From Candidatus Poribacteria bacterium (GTDB taxonomy: Bacteria; Poribacteria; WGA-4E; WGA-3G), in NCBI GenBank assembly GCA_965205025.1, contig CBDBFU010000012.1, positions 288,001 through 352,000 of the forward strand: a DNA stretch of 64,000 nucleotides, in the 5' to 3' direction. The translations under genes and the position numbers were made by a program. Numbering within the stretch: the stretch's first letter is position 1; each line of letters begins with the position of its first letter. The notes below the pieces were generated by a model, which made no database searches, was not told the origin of the DNA, and was given only the letters and a program-made list of their open reading frames with translations. This document shows, one piece after another, positions 18,507 to 28,220 of this stretch.

Positions 18507-21434
18507 TCAATTATGTAATTCAATTGGAATAGTTAACATCCCATGCCGATCAGTTACAATAAAAAACTTACCCTTATGAATTTCTATGTCATTCACGGTA
18601 TCTGGGAGTTCTGGAGAAATCTTTTCCCACACTCCATTATTGATAAAATAAATTCCAGATTGACTTGCACCATAGACTGTAGCGTTGATATTCTTTACAG
18701 TATCCATGACAATTATTTTTTCTGTCTTATCTCTAATCACATTCCATTCAGTAGCTAAATCCTTCATCAGAACACCTGAATCCGTTCCGACATAGACTGT
18801 TGTTCCTGAAAAAGCAATCCCTGTAAATCGCTTAATTGTCAAAGGCAGATTACTTGTGATATTGTTCCAGTTTTCTCCAGCATCCAATGATTGGAAAAGT
18901 TGTCCATCCTCTCTTGCAACATAGACTGTCTGACCAGAAGCATTTAAACTAAACCCCGTATATGTACGGGCACGTGTTTCTCCAATAGCCAAACCTGTAT
19001 CCTTCCATTTGGAATCCCCGAGTGTCAGTTTAAGTAATTTCTGGTTATAGGTTACATAGAAAGTATTATCGCTGAATGCTAATCCTCCTGTCTCAGGTGG
19101 AATAATCATCTCTTCAACTAAACGGACTCTATTTGATAATAAGTCTATAGAATCAGAGTGTTCATTTAGATCGGTTGATTCAGTTAGAATTGTATTCGAA
19201 GCAACATTTTTTATATTAATTGCTGGCACAGCTTCAATAGGTATTAGTTTATCCCCATTATCTGATAATTGACATATACGTATACTATTCATCCCTTTAT
19301 CATTGACAATACCGATTAATGAATTGTCTATGACAGTAAATAAAGGATTACGAGGAAAAATATTAAGGATGTTATCTGGATTAGTGTCGAAAATCTCCCA
19401 TGTATTCCCATCATCTGAAGATTGGTATATTCCATTTATTGAATATCCATACAGTTTATTGTTGAAGGAGGTTAATTCTTTAATTCCTGTTCCTACTATC
19501 CCATCCATAAATAGATTCCATGATTCACCGGCATCTTTGGTTCTTTGTATTCCTTTGAAACCATGTGTATAGAATGTATCTTTATCTACTGCCAATGCTG
19601 CCTTATCAGTTAAGCTTCTCGACTCAAAGTTTGATCCAAGGTTTTCCCAAGTTATTCCGTTATCTATTGAACGGTATACATTACTTCCAAAGATTAATAT
19701 GGTATTATCAGCAACCAAAACCTTTACGCCGAATGGTATTCTTTCTAATATACTTCTATCTCTCGGTGTAATTTTCGTCCAAGTTCCTCCTAAATCATCA
19801 GACCGATAAAGTTCCCACTGTTTTGAATTTTCACCATGTAACATCTCTCTTACTAACTTTCTTTTTCGTTCGGCGGGGGTAACTTCAGAATCAACTGGAA
19901 CCGTTGCAAGGTATACTGTATTCTCCGATATTAACAGAGTAGTAACCTTTCTATATTTACTAATGGTTAATTGTTCCCATGTATCAGATTGTAATTGAAA
20001 AAGTCCTCGCTCTGTTCCAACAAAGACTACATTCCCAATGGAAGCTGCTGCAGTAATTTCTGTATCTTCTAATCCATTGTTATATAAACTCCAGATTTTA
20101 CCCTTGTCTGATGACCTATATATCTCATCCTCCAGAACTAAATAAAATGCCTTTTCAGTAATCAGCAGTTTTATTACGCTACCGATAGGACGGCGACCAA
20201 TAGAAACCCAAGTGATTCCATCATCGCTTGAAGCATATATTTTATCAGTGGAAACGAGATAGAGAGTATTGTTATCTTCCGCTATTACCATATTAAAATA
20301 ATCTTCAATAGGCACTGTATTGTTTAGAAGCATCCATTGGTCTGAATCCTCTTTCACTTGATAGATCCCTGTGGGTGCAATACATAATATTTTTCCTTTT
20401 GATGTCTGAAATAGTTCATGAACCTTTCCATCTTGTGGACCTTGGTTTTGGGTCCAATGTTGCGATAAAATTGATGGATTATCTGATGCATCCTCCTGAT
20501 TCTGAGTTGATTGGATAACATCTGTCTGTTCATCATCTATACCATTACTCTTATTTACAAGGACTACATTGCCAATTCTCCGTTTTGGTTCCGGTGTGAA
20601 CTGAATATCTATTGGTATTGCTGAATCAAAAATCTCAATTTCAGTTAGTGTATCTGCATCAAGACTATAAGGTTTTTGAAAATTGGAAAGAAATTGACCT
20701 CCTACACCTATAAGTAGCATTACTAAAATAGCTGCAGTTCCTAAAGCAGCTATAGGAATTAATGGTTTAATATTTGAAGGTGGAGTTGGATTAATGGTTG
20801 TGAATTTCTCCATAATATTCTCAGTAAAATCAACCGGAAGTGCGACTGTGCCAAGTGTTTCACGTATCATAGATTCTTCCTTTTGTAACCGTTTCCGAGC
20901 TCTCCTGAGTCGGCTCTTAATAGTATTAACCGAAACACCTAAAAACTTACTAATTGCTTCAGATGTCATTTCTCCAAGGTAGAAAAGTGTTACGACTGTA
21001 CGTTCACTTTCTGGTAGTTTATTTAGAAGGTTTTTAACAATTTCACGACGACGTTCAGTTGCCGCCTTCTCACGTTGTTCTGCAACATAACTTTCATACG
21101 ATGTTCTATCAAGACTTCCTTTATTGGTGGCTTCTAAAGATTGCATAGTGGGTTTTTTCCTTCTGTGCCAATCCGAGCATAGGTTACTGGCTATTACATA
21201 AAGCCATCCTGCAAATTGTGTGTGATTCTTTAGTGTAGCAAGTTTTTGGTATGCTTGGAGAAATGTGTCCTGTGCGATTTCTTCTGCAACTTGAAAATCG
21301 CCTGTCTTCCGCCAAATCAAGGCGTGAACACTCTTTTTATACTTGTTGACTATTTCACTGAAGGCTGTATCGTCACCTGCTAAGATACTATCTATCAGTA
21401 CAACATCATCTTTTTCCATTGGTGATCTCCACAT
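18507..21434 (-). CDS. ECF sigma-70 factor fused to a transmembrane helix and an Asp-box (BNR) beta-propeller
   Basis: sigma2 (AEEIAQDTFLQAY, FAGWLYVIASN) and sigma4 (LGVSVNTIKSRLRRAR), TM helix LIPIAALGTAAILVMLLIGV, about 7 S/T-x-D-x-G-x-x-W motifs; likely start ATG at 21419. Confidence 0.9.
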   Translation of the reverse strand: MWRSPMEKDDVVLIDSILAGDDTAFSEIVNKYKKSVHALIWRKTGDFQVAEEIAQDTFLQAYQKLATLKNHTQFAGWLYVIASNLCSDWHRRKKPTMQSLEATNKGSLDRTSYESYVAEQREKAATERRREIVKNLLNKLPESERTVVTLFYLGEMTSEAISKFLGVSVNTIKSRLRRARKRLQKEESMIRETLGTVALPVDFTENIMEKFTTINPTPPSNIKPLIPIAALGTAAILVMLLIGVGGQFLSNFQKPYSLDADTLTEIEIFDSAIPIDIQFTPEPKRRIGNVVLVNKSNGIDDEQTDVIQSTQNQEDASDNPSILSQHWTQNQGPQDGKVHELFQTSKGKILCIAPTGIYQVKEDSDQWMLLNNTVPIEDYFNMVIAEDNNTLYLVSTDKIYASSDDGITWVSIGRRPIGSVIKLLITEKAFYLVLEDEIYRSSDKGKIWSLYNNGLEDTEITAAASIGNVVFVGTERGLFQLQSDTWEQLTISKYRKVTTLLISENTVYLATVPVDSEVTPAERKRKLVREMLHGENSKQWELYRSDDLGGTWTKITPRDRSILERIPFGVKVLVADNTILIFGSNVYRSIDNGITWENLGSNFESRSLTDKAALAVDKDTFYTHGFKGIQRTKDAGESWNLFMDGIVGTGIKELTSFNNKLYGYSINGIYQSSDDGNTWEIFDTNPDNILNIFPRNPLFTVIDNSLIGIVNDKGMNSIRICQLSDNGDKLIPIEAVPAINIKNVASNTILTESTDLNEHSDSIDLLSNRVRLVEEMIIPPETGGLAFSDNTFYVTYNQKLLKLTLGDSKWKDTGLAIGETRARTYTGFSLNASGQTVYVAREDGQLFQSLDAGENWNNITSNLPLTIKRFTGIAFSGTTVYVGTDSGVLMKDLATEWNVIRDKTEKIIVMDTVKNINATVYGASQSGIYFINNGVWEKISPELPDTVNDIEIHKGKFFIVTDRHGMLTIPIELHN

Positions 21435-21457
21435 AAATTCGGTTTACGATAATAAGT

Positions 21458-21485
21458 GACGTATTTTTTATAGTAAAAGGGTGCA
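21458..21485 (-). promoter_or_regulatory. Candidate ECF-type autoregulatory promoter
   Basis: Minus strand TGCACC-N18-CGTC upstream of the ECF gene, resembling ECF -35/-10 consensus. Confidence 0.3.
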
Positions 21486-21593
21486 TAATCTGCATTAATT
21501 ACTAAAAATTTATAGTTTTTTGTATATTAAACTCAATGTCAGAATGTAGGTCTATAAATTAGTAAAATGGATTACATGTATATCTGTTTTCTC

Positions 21594-21622
21594 TTGACAC
21601 ATACTCGATAAGTCTATATATT
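21594..21622 (+). promoter_or_regulatory. sigma70-type promoter for the MOSC-nagB-PhyH cluster
   Basis: TTGACA-N17-TATATT, 10 nt before the ATG, no SD sequence. Confidence 0.55.
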
Positions 21623-21632
21623 TATACACATC

Positions 21633-22274
21633 ATGAGACTGTTATCCATTAACGTATCAAAACCGAAACCTATTAGTCATGAAGGAAAAATAGTCTATAC
21701 AGGTATTTTTAAAGAACCAGTCTCTGGAACTGTCATGCTTAGAAAAATGAATATTGATGGTGATGGACAAGGTGATTTAAAAGTACATGGTGGTACATTT
21801 AAGGCAATTTACGGATACCCTATAGAACATTATACACATTGGCAACAAGAATTAGAAAGAGATGATTTGTCTTTTGGTCAGTTCGGTGAAAATCTAACTG
21901 TGGAAGGTATGCTTGAAAACGATGTACATATAGGTGATATATTCAAAATTGGATCCACCGTTAGACTTCAAATTACACAACCCCGTGTGCCTTGTTACAA
22001 ATTAGGTCATAAGATGGGTTCCGCTGAATTCCCTAAGATATTCCTACAAAGTAAACGGGTTGGTTTCTATTTTCGAGTTCTTGAGGAAGGCGAGATAACA
22101 GCACATGACGAGATAGAACGTGTAGAAGTATCTCATGAACCGATGAGTGTTACCGATATCCTCTCGCTACGGTATTTTGATACAAACAACCACGAAGGAA
22201 TAATTAAGGCTATAAAACAACCTGCACTTAGTCCAAGTTGGAAGAAAGATTTTAACAGACTTCTTAACCTATGA
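21633..22274 (+). CDS. MOSC domain protein, YiiM-like
   Basis: TGIFK, DGQGDLKVHGG, FGENL, QPRVPC, GFYFRVLEEG, C-terminal 3-alpha region. Confidence 0.9.
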   Translation: MRLLSINVSKPKPISHEGKIVYTGIFKEPVSGTVMLRKMNIDGDGQGDLKVHGGTFKAIYGYPIEHYTHWQQELERDDLSFGQFGENLTVEGMLENDVHIGDIFKIGSTVRLQITQPRVPCYKLGHKMGSAEFPKIFLQSKRVGFYFRVLEEGEITAHDEIERVEVSHEPMSVTDILSLRYFDTNNHEGIIKAIKQPALSPSWKKDFNRLLNL

Positions 22275-23003
22275 ATGTATTTAAAGCATCTTCAAAACTG
22301 GAAACCAGCAAAGCAGCCGCTGAAGCAGCAAGTACAAAACTATGTGACGCTATAGGGGCAAATGGACAGGCAAGTTTCATTGTCGCAACAGGGGCATCAC
22401 AATTTGATTTTCTTGGTTCACTTACATCTGATGATGCAATTGACTGGTCGAAAACAACAATGTTTCATCTTGATGAATATATAGGGATATCTGACACACA
22501 TCCTGCGAGTTTTTGCAAATATCTTCAAGAGCGGTTAGTAGATGTCGTTCAGCCAGGAACTGTTCATTTTTTAAATGGTATTGCGGATAATCCTCAATCT
22601 GAATGCAATAGACTCAATCAACTTATTTTGCAGCACCAGATTGATGTTGCAATTTGTTGGAATCGGTGAAAATGGACATCTGGCATTTAATGATCCACCT
22701 GCCGATTTTGAAACAGAAGATCCGTATATCGTTGTAGAATTAGATGAAGCGTGTAGATTACAACAAGTTGGGGAAGGTTGGTTCAATGGGTTAGAGGATG
22801 TACCAACTCACGCTATTTCAATGTCTATCAATCACATTATGAAATCCAAATCGATAATATGTACTGTTCCTGATGAACGGAAAGCAGAAGCCGTGCGAAA
22901 TTGCATACAAGGTGATATAACACCTATGCATCCAGCATCAATATTACAAAATCATAACGATTGTACTGTATATCTGGATAATGGATCTGCATCGCTACTA
23001 TAA
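22271..23003 (+). pseudogene. nagB: Glucosamine-6-phosphate deaminase with a single frameshift (pseudogene or sequencing error)
   Basis: ATGASQ and FHLDEYIG in one frame, [13 protein letters not shown] in the next; removing one A at 22651-22652 restores [11 protein letters not shown]. Confidence 0.8.
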
Positions 23004-23027
23004 TCACACTCTTCATGGAGATTCTTA

Positions 23028-23924
23028 ATGGATACCAAACAGAACTCTGAAAACCGACAATTAGTTGGACTCACTGAAGAACAGAAACAACAGTTTCATG
23101 ATGACGGTTTTTTACTCATCAGAAATGTCCTACCGAACGAAGCACTCCAACCTTTAATTGATGAGTTAACCCAAATGGTTGAGGATGGCGTTCAAGCAGC
23201 AGTAGAACAAGGTGTTCTTGACCCATCAAAAACCTATGATGATGAACCATTCGATACAAGATTAGGTGAGGTATCTCATGCCTCAACCGATCTTAACTGG
23301 ATCTGGCGTAGGAGTTTTAGCAACCAGAAAATTCGTACTAAAGGAATGTTTATTCTGCGAACGGCTCCTGAATTGCTGGATGTCGTAGGATCACTTATCG
23401 GTCAAGAGATATTTGCACATCCTCAGTTTAATTTCCGTGCGAAACTACCTAAACAAGCCATAACTGTGATTCCTTGGCATCAGGATTTAGCGTATCTCAA
23501 CCCGGAAGAAGCAGGGGATACGCTGGTGGTGAATGTGTGGTTACCACTGGCAAGAGCCTATGAAGAGAATGGATGTATGCAGGTAATCCGTGGATCACAC
23601 AAGTTTGATCTCATTGCACACAACTTTCATGAACAAACTCCCGGTCATACAGGTGGAAAAGGTATCAGTGAACAGGAATTACCACCAGGTGATGTTGTAA
23701 CAACCGAACTTGATGTGGGTGATATCTTGCTTACAAGTGAACGAGTTGTACACCGAGGTCTTCCAAACACAAGTGAAACAGTCAGGTGGAGTGTTGATAC
23801 ACGTTATAGTCAAATTGGTCTTCCCACAGGTCGTGAAAGTGTACCCGGTTTTATAGCCCGGAGTCAAAAGAATCCAAAATCGGTTGCTAAATCACACCAT
23901 GATTGGAATAGAGAATTTGTATAA
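23028..23924 (+). CDS. Phytanoyl-CoA dioxygenase (PhyH) family Fe(II)/2-oxoglutarate oxygenase
   Basis: PWHQD, NGCMQVIRGSH, distal H (HRG) and R of the 2OG-binding motif. Confidence 0.9.
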   Translation: MDTKQNSENRQLVGLTEEQKQQFHDDGFLLIRNVLPNEALQPLIDELTQMVEDGVQAAVEQGVLDPSKTYDDEPFDTRLGEVSHASTDLNWIWRRSFSNQKIRTKGMFILRTAPELLDVVGSLIGQEIFAHPQFNFRAKLPKQAITVIPWHQDLAYLNPEEAGDTLVVNVWLPLARAYEENGCMQVIRGSHKFDLIAHNFHEQTPGHTGGKGISEQELPPGDVVTTELDVGDILLTSERVVHRGLPNTSETVRWSVDTRYSQIGLPTGRESVPGFIARSQKNPKSVAKSHHDWNREFV

Positions 23925-24125
23925 TTATTCCTAAAAAGATAGTTTTCAGGTTTTTGACACATATTTTATAGATTCTATATATGATTCAAAAACAAATTAT
24001 TTATTGCTTTTAATTCTCAGTTAAATAGGTTGATAGTAGGTTTTACATATATAACATAACCAGTAAATTGCTGGTATCAAAATGTATATCAGCATAAGTC
24101 TATATTTTTACAAATTTTATTAAAT

Positions 24126-24887
24126 TTGGAGGTCTATATGTATAAAGTGATATTGTCTTTACTGATCATTACAAGTCTTTTCCTGATTTCTTTTTATGCA
24201 TCAGCATTTAAAATAAAAGATAAAGAACTACTGATTTATTTCTCCTTTGATGGTGATAAGGGACAAGCAGTAGAAGATTTAGGACCAAACAAGAACGATG
24301 GAGAAGTAGTTGGCAATGTTGAATTTGTTGAAGGGAAAGTTGGAAAGGCTGCCAAGTTTAGTCAAGCTGGAGAAATCAAAGCACCCCATGTTCCATTAAA
24401 TGACAAGAGTTTTACAGTTACATTGTGGGCGAAACCTGAGTTGACAGGGGGTGATCAACAGTGTGTCTTTACACAGACACAAGTTAATGCTACTAACACA
24501 AGTTTACACTATCGAATTTACAACAATGGCACAGTCCGTATGGGGTTTTATGGTAATGACCTTGACGCACCTGCTGCTGTAAAAGCAAAAGAATGGTCCC
24601 ATATCTGTTTCTGGTTAGATGCAGATGAGAAAACCCGTAGAATCTTTATAAACGGCGAACAGAAAGCCGAAGATAAAGATAAATCCCTATATAAGGGTAC
24701 TGCAGGTAATACGATGGTTGGATCATGGGGAAATACTGGTCAGAAATTCAACGGTCTCATTGACGAAGTAATGGTATGGGATAAAGCTTTATCAGAGAAA
24801 GAGATCGAACTTAGTATGGATCCAAATGCTGCTGCAGTTGACCCTAATGGTAAACTTGCAACAACTTGGGCACGTGTAAAAGGGTAA
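24126..24887 (+). CDS. Secreted LamG-like jellyroll protein
   Basis: Signal peptide, WSHIC...FINGE...FNGLIDEV motifs, C-terminal AVDPNGKLATTWARVK; likely start ATG at 24138. Confidence 0.85.
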   Translation: MEVYMYKVILSLLIITSLFLISFYASAFKIKDKELLIYFSFDGDKGQAVEDLGPNKNDGEVVGNVEFVEGKVGKAAKFSQAGEIKAPHVPLNDKSFTVTLWAKPELTGGDQQCVFTQTQVNATNTSLHYRIYNNGTVRMGFYGNDLDAPAAVKAKEWSHICFWLDADEKTRRIFINGEQKAEDKDKSLYKGTAGNTMVGSWGNTGQKFNGLIDEVMVWDKALSEKEIELSMDPNAAAVDPNGKLATTWARVKG

Positions 24888-24923
24888 ATGAAATTGATTC
24901 AAACTATTCTGAGTTAATAAATT

Positions 24924-24967
24924 ACCACCGTTATTAGTATACTGCAATGTATGTTAATAACGGTGGT
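24924..24967. terminator. Bidirectional hairpin terminator between convergent genes
   Basis: ACCACCGTTATTA...TAATAACGGTGGT 13-bp inverted repeat followed by Ts. Confidence 0.65.
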
Positions 24968-25007
24968 TTTCATTAATTACAATATTAATCTTAACTCAAT
25001 ACTGATA

Positions 25008-26087
25008 CTACAGAGACCCATCACCAAATTGTTTCTTAAATAATTCTATGGTATTGTGGTCTGGATGATTTGGCAATTCTGCTGGGGATTCCCAATCCTC
25101 CTCTACCTCAGTCAATTTCACCGGCTTTCCATCGTTTTCTAATACTGACTTCCATCCTGCAAGAAAGACATTGGTTTTGTGCATTAACTGTCCAAAGGTC
25201 TGTGACATTTCGTTGTGTAATGCCATATTTTGGAAGGACCATATAGTCGGCAACCATATTTCAGTCTTATCATACGGATATCCCGTACCGGTATGTATTC
25301 TAAAATTCTCTCCACCATAAGCTTCAGAAGTATGTATTTGAACTGTACCCCATGAACCGCTTACCTGATGTAATGTCCCATAGAATTGGTGACCATCACT
25401 ATTAACATGTTCAAAGGTGATAACACCTGGTGGACTGTGCCAACTATCAGCTTGATAGGCTACGGATACCACAGGATTTCCTGCCTCTACTATTGCCTTA
25501 CATACCATATAAACCCCATGAATGCCGTGGGTTGGATAGTCATCAAAAGAATTCGTTGCAGTATAACAGACAATCTGCTTGTCAGTTGCCCATGCCTTAG
25601 CTCGAGAAATAGCATCGTTATGTTCATGACTTGATGGTGCAAGGATTGTTGCCCCACTCTTTTCTGCGAGTTCGACCATTTTCCGCGCTTTTGCAAGGGA
25701 ATTAGCAAACGGACGATTGATAAGGTTCGGTAATCCAGCCTCAAGATACGGTTCATGAAGGATATGGTTCCATGGATGATTATAGTAACCCCCTGAAATT
25801 ATACCATCCACCTTTCCTAACATATCATCAAAGTTCTTTACTACCTCGCAACCGTAAGAATCGGCTATTGCTTTCGCTTTATCATATTCGATATCCCAAC
25901 AGTGGGTAACCCGCATTCCAGTAAACGGTGTATCTTTCTGTCCTGATCGGGGATTAATATGTGGTGCCCACAAAGGCATGTGTGAATAGGAGTCACAGTT
26001 TAGAAATCCAACGCGAAAAGGTTCATATTGAAGGGGGTGTGTTTCACTTGATTCTCGCATATATATCTCCTTCGTGCTTAAAGACAT
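25008..26087 (-). CDS. Gfo/Idh/MocA-like oxidoreductase (divergent)
   Basis: Rossmann-like N-terminus; LEAGLPNLINRPFA at the usual EKP position; YPTHGIH. Confidence 0.65.
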   Translation of the reverse strand: MSLSTKEIYMRESSETHPLQYEPFRVGFLNCDSYSHMPLWAPHINPRSGQKDTPFTGMRVTHCWDIEYDKAKAIADSYGCEVVKNFDDMLGKVDGIISGGYYNHPWNHILHEPYLEAGLPNLINRPFANSLAKARKMVELAEKSGATILAPSSHEHNDAISRAKAWATDKQIVCYTATNSFDDYPTHGIHGVYMVCKAIVEAGNPVVSVAYQADSWHSPPGVITFEHVNSDGHQFYGTLHQVSGSWGTVQIHTSEAYGGENFRIHTGTGYPYDKTEIWLPTIWSFQNMALHNEMSQTFGQLMHKTNVFLAGWKSVLENDGKPVKLTEVEEDWESPAELPNHPDHNTIELFKKQFGDGSL

Positions 26088-26179
26088 TCAATAAGTTAGA
26101 TTCTTCTCAAATTAGGAGAAGAAGGTTTTAATAGATCTATAAATATGTATAATATAGTAGTCTAACCGTATTGTCAATT

Positions 26180-26567
26180 ATCTGGTAACGTAGTAATCTG
26201 TGCGTAATACCGTAATCAGTTCTCTCTGTATAGTTGGTTTCAATCCAACAAAGTCAATGCTTTTTTGGATATCTAACGCAAGAGTTAATCTACCAACGAG
26301 TTGTTCAAGGTGCGCAATTCGCTCAATAGCATCGTTAGATTGCTTGTCTGTAGGTTCAAAAATTTCGCCGCATTTTCAAGGAGTTGGCGTTTCCACTTGG
26401 AAAGTTGTACTTGACTAATGTTATGTCGTCGACAGAGTTCTGCTTGTGAACTTTGACCACTAAGTGCTTCAATAACAACTTCAGCTTTAAATTCTGGTGT
26501 AAATGTTCTACGTTTTGCCATCGGATATTTCTTTCAATAAAATTGTAATTGTATCACAATCTTATCT
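26180..26567 (-). pseudogene. IS3-family remnant: frameshifted orfA and start of orfB
   Basis: MAKRRTFTPEFKAEVV...ELCRRHNIS..QLSKWKRQ HTH; next frame gives RIAHLEQLVGRLTLALDIQK; truncated afterwards. Confidence 0.8.
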
Positions 26568-26569
26568 TA

Positions 26570-27728
26570 TACCATTTCTAATAAATTATATCACATTTTC
26601 GATCTTATTTATATAATCATACTTTGTTATGCTCTCAATAGCGATTTTAGTGTAACTTCGTATGATCTCAGTAAGTTTATCCTGCATCTCTTGTAATGAA
26701 GTCAGCACATTTTGAAATAACTTTGCTTTGATGTCTTGCCATAGTCTTTCAATAGGGTTCAACTCTGGACTATAAGGCGGTAGAAAGAGGAATACTATAT
26801 TCTCAGGAACTTGTAGTGATTTCGCTTGATGAAAACGCCCATTATCAAGGACAAGGATATTCAGAGTCCCCGGATAAACCTTAGCAAACTCATCAAGAAA
26901 TATTTGGAAACAGGTACTATTCAGATAAGGCATTTCAAGGAAAAAACTTTCTCCTGTTATCGGTTCCACAGCACCATATAGATAAAGGTTTTCATAGGTA
27001 TACCTGATATTAGCAATCGGTTTGACACCGGGGACTGTAATACGACGGTATGAAACAGGATGAAGACCAAATCTTGACTCATCTTGAAAAAACAGACGAA
27101 CTTTTTCAGACTCAGGATCGTTCTCCGAAATCGTTTCCTTGACTTTTTTTGGTAAGTCTAACTTGAAGGTTTCACCGGCTGTTTCGTTTTTTTTATATGA
27201 CTCTTGCGGGGCACTTTGGGTTTTGCTTTCCACTTATACCGAACCATCGAATGAACAGCAGTATATTTCATTTTGACATCAAATGTTTTTTCAATATAGT
27301 CTACTATCTGCTGATAACTGGAAAAAGCATCAGGTTTTTTGAGTTCAGCAAGCAAGATTTCTTGTTGTTCTTCGGTAAGTTGAGCTGGACGCCCGGGGGG
27401 AATAATCCCGTGCTAAAAGTGCTTCAAGTCCACCAGATGCGTATGTTTGGAACCAATGCCCAACGGTTTTCCTATCAACCCCTATTTTCGCAGCGATTTC
27501 CTTACGATTTAGCCTTTTCTCACTACAAAATAGGTATAGGGCTTTCAGTCTTTTCTTTTGGTAACTGATTGATGTTTTTTTCATCATTTTTTTCAAGTCA
27601 GAAACACTTTCTGTAATCTGTGCGGGTTTTAACATAATTAATATTCATCCTATCAACTATAAATTTGTAATAAAATATAACAGAAAACAAAAAATATTAA
27701 AAGCGAAAATATTAACTGAAAATGGTAT
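26570..27728 (-). mobile_element. IS630-family insertion sequence inserted in the IS3 remnant
   Basis: Ends TACCATTTC... and ...AAAATGGTAT flanked by TA (26568-69, 27729-30); HTH ORFs 27635-27158 and DDE ORF 27233-26586 (FQDESRFG, LDNGRFH, LPPYSPELNPIE); A8 slippery run at 27187-27194; extra base in the G6 run at 27395-27400. Confidence 0.9.
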
Positions 27729-27730
27729 TA

Positions 27731-27760
27731 GATTGTGGTCTAAAATTCCGATGGCAGTAA
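27731..27760 (-). mobile_element. Displaced left end of the IS3 remnant
   Basis: Minus strand ACTGCCATCGGAATTTTAGACCACA resembles IS3-family IRL; TGCCATCGGA is complementary to TCCGATGGCA spanning the orfA start codon. Confidence 0.6.
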
Positions 27761-28220
27761 AATTCAATAATAATACAAGAAATCTGATTGCTCTGATATT
27801 ATGTTATCTATTTAATCCATCTATTGTGAGATTGGGGTATCCTATGTAAAGAATTTATATAGATTAATCTAATTGAAATTCTTTGCAAGAAACTTGTAAG
27901 AACGTGCTATTATATTAATTCCAATAATAACGCTTATCAGAGTTGACTACAGGTTCGAAATGTGTTAATATATATTTTACCAATGATTATACAGAAAAAC
28001 ACAACTGATATATAACTTTCATTATATCAATCTATATTGTTGTAAATGATGTCATCTGTATATACTTAGCCTGATATTTGATTTGGTAATGATTATTAAA
28101 CTACTTTCTAACACCATACAATTCTATAAATCTTTACTATTAACACACCTTGAAGATTAGATTTATTATTCTTAAGAACTTATACTCTATGACTTTCTCT
28201 ATATAATTAGGTAGATTAAA

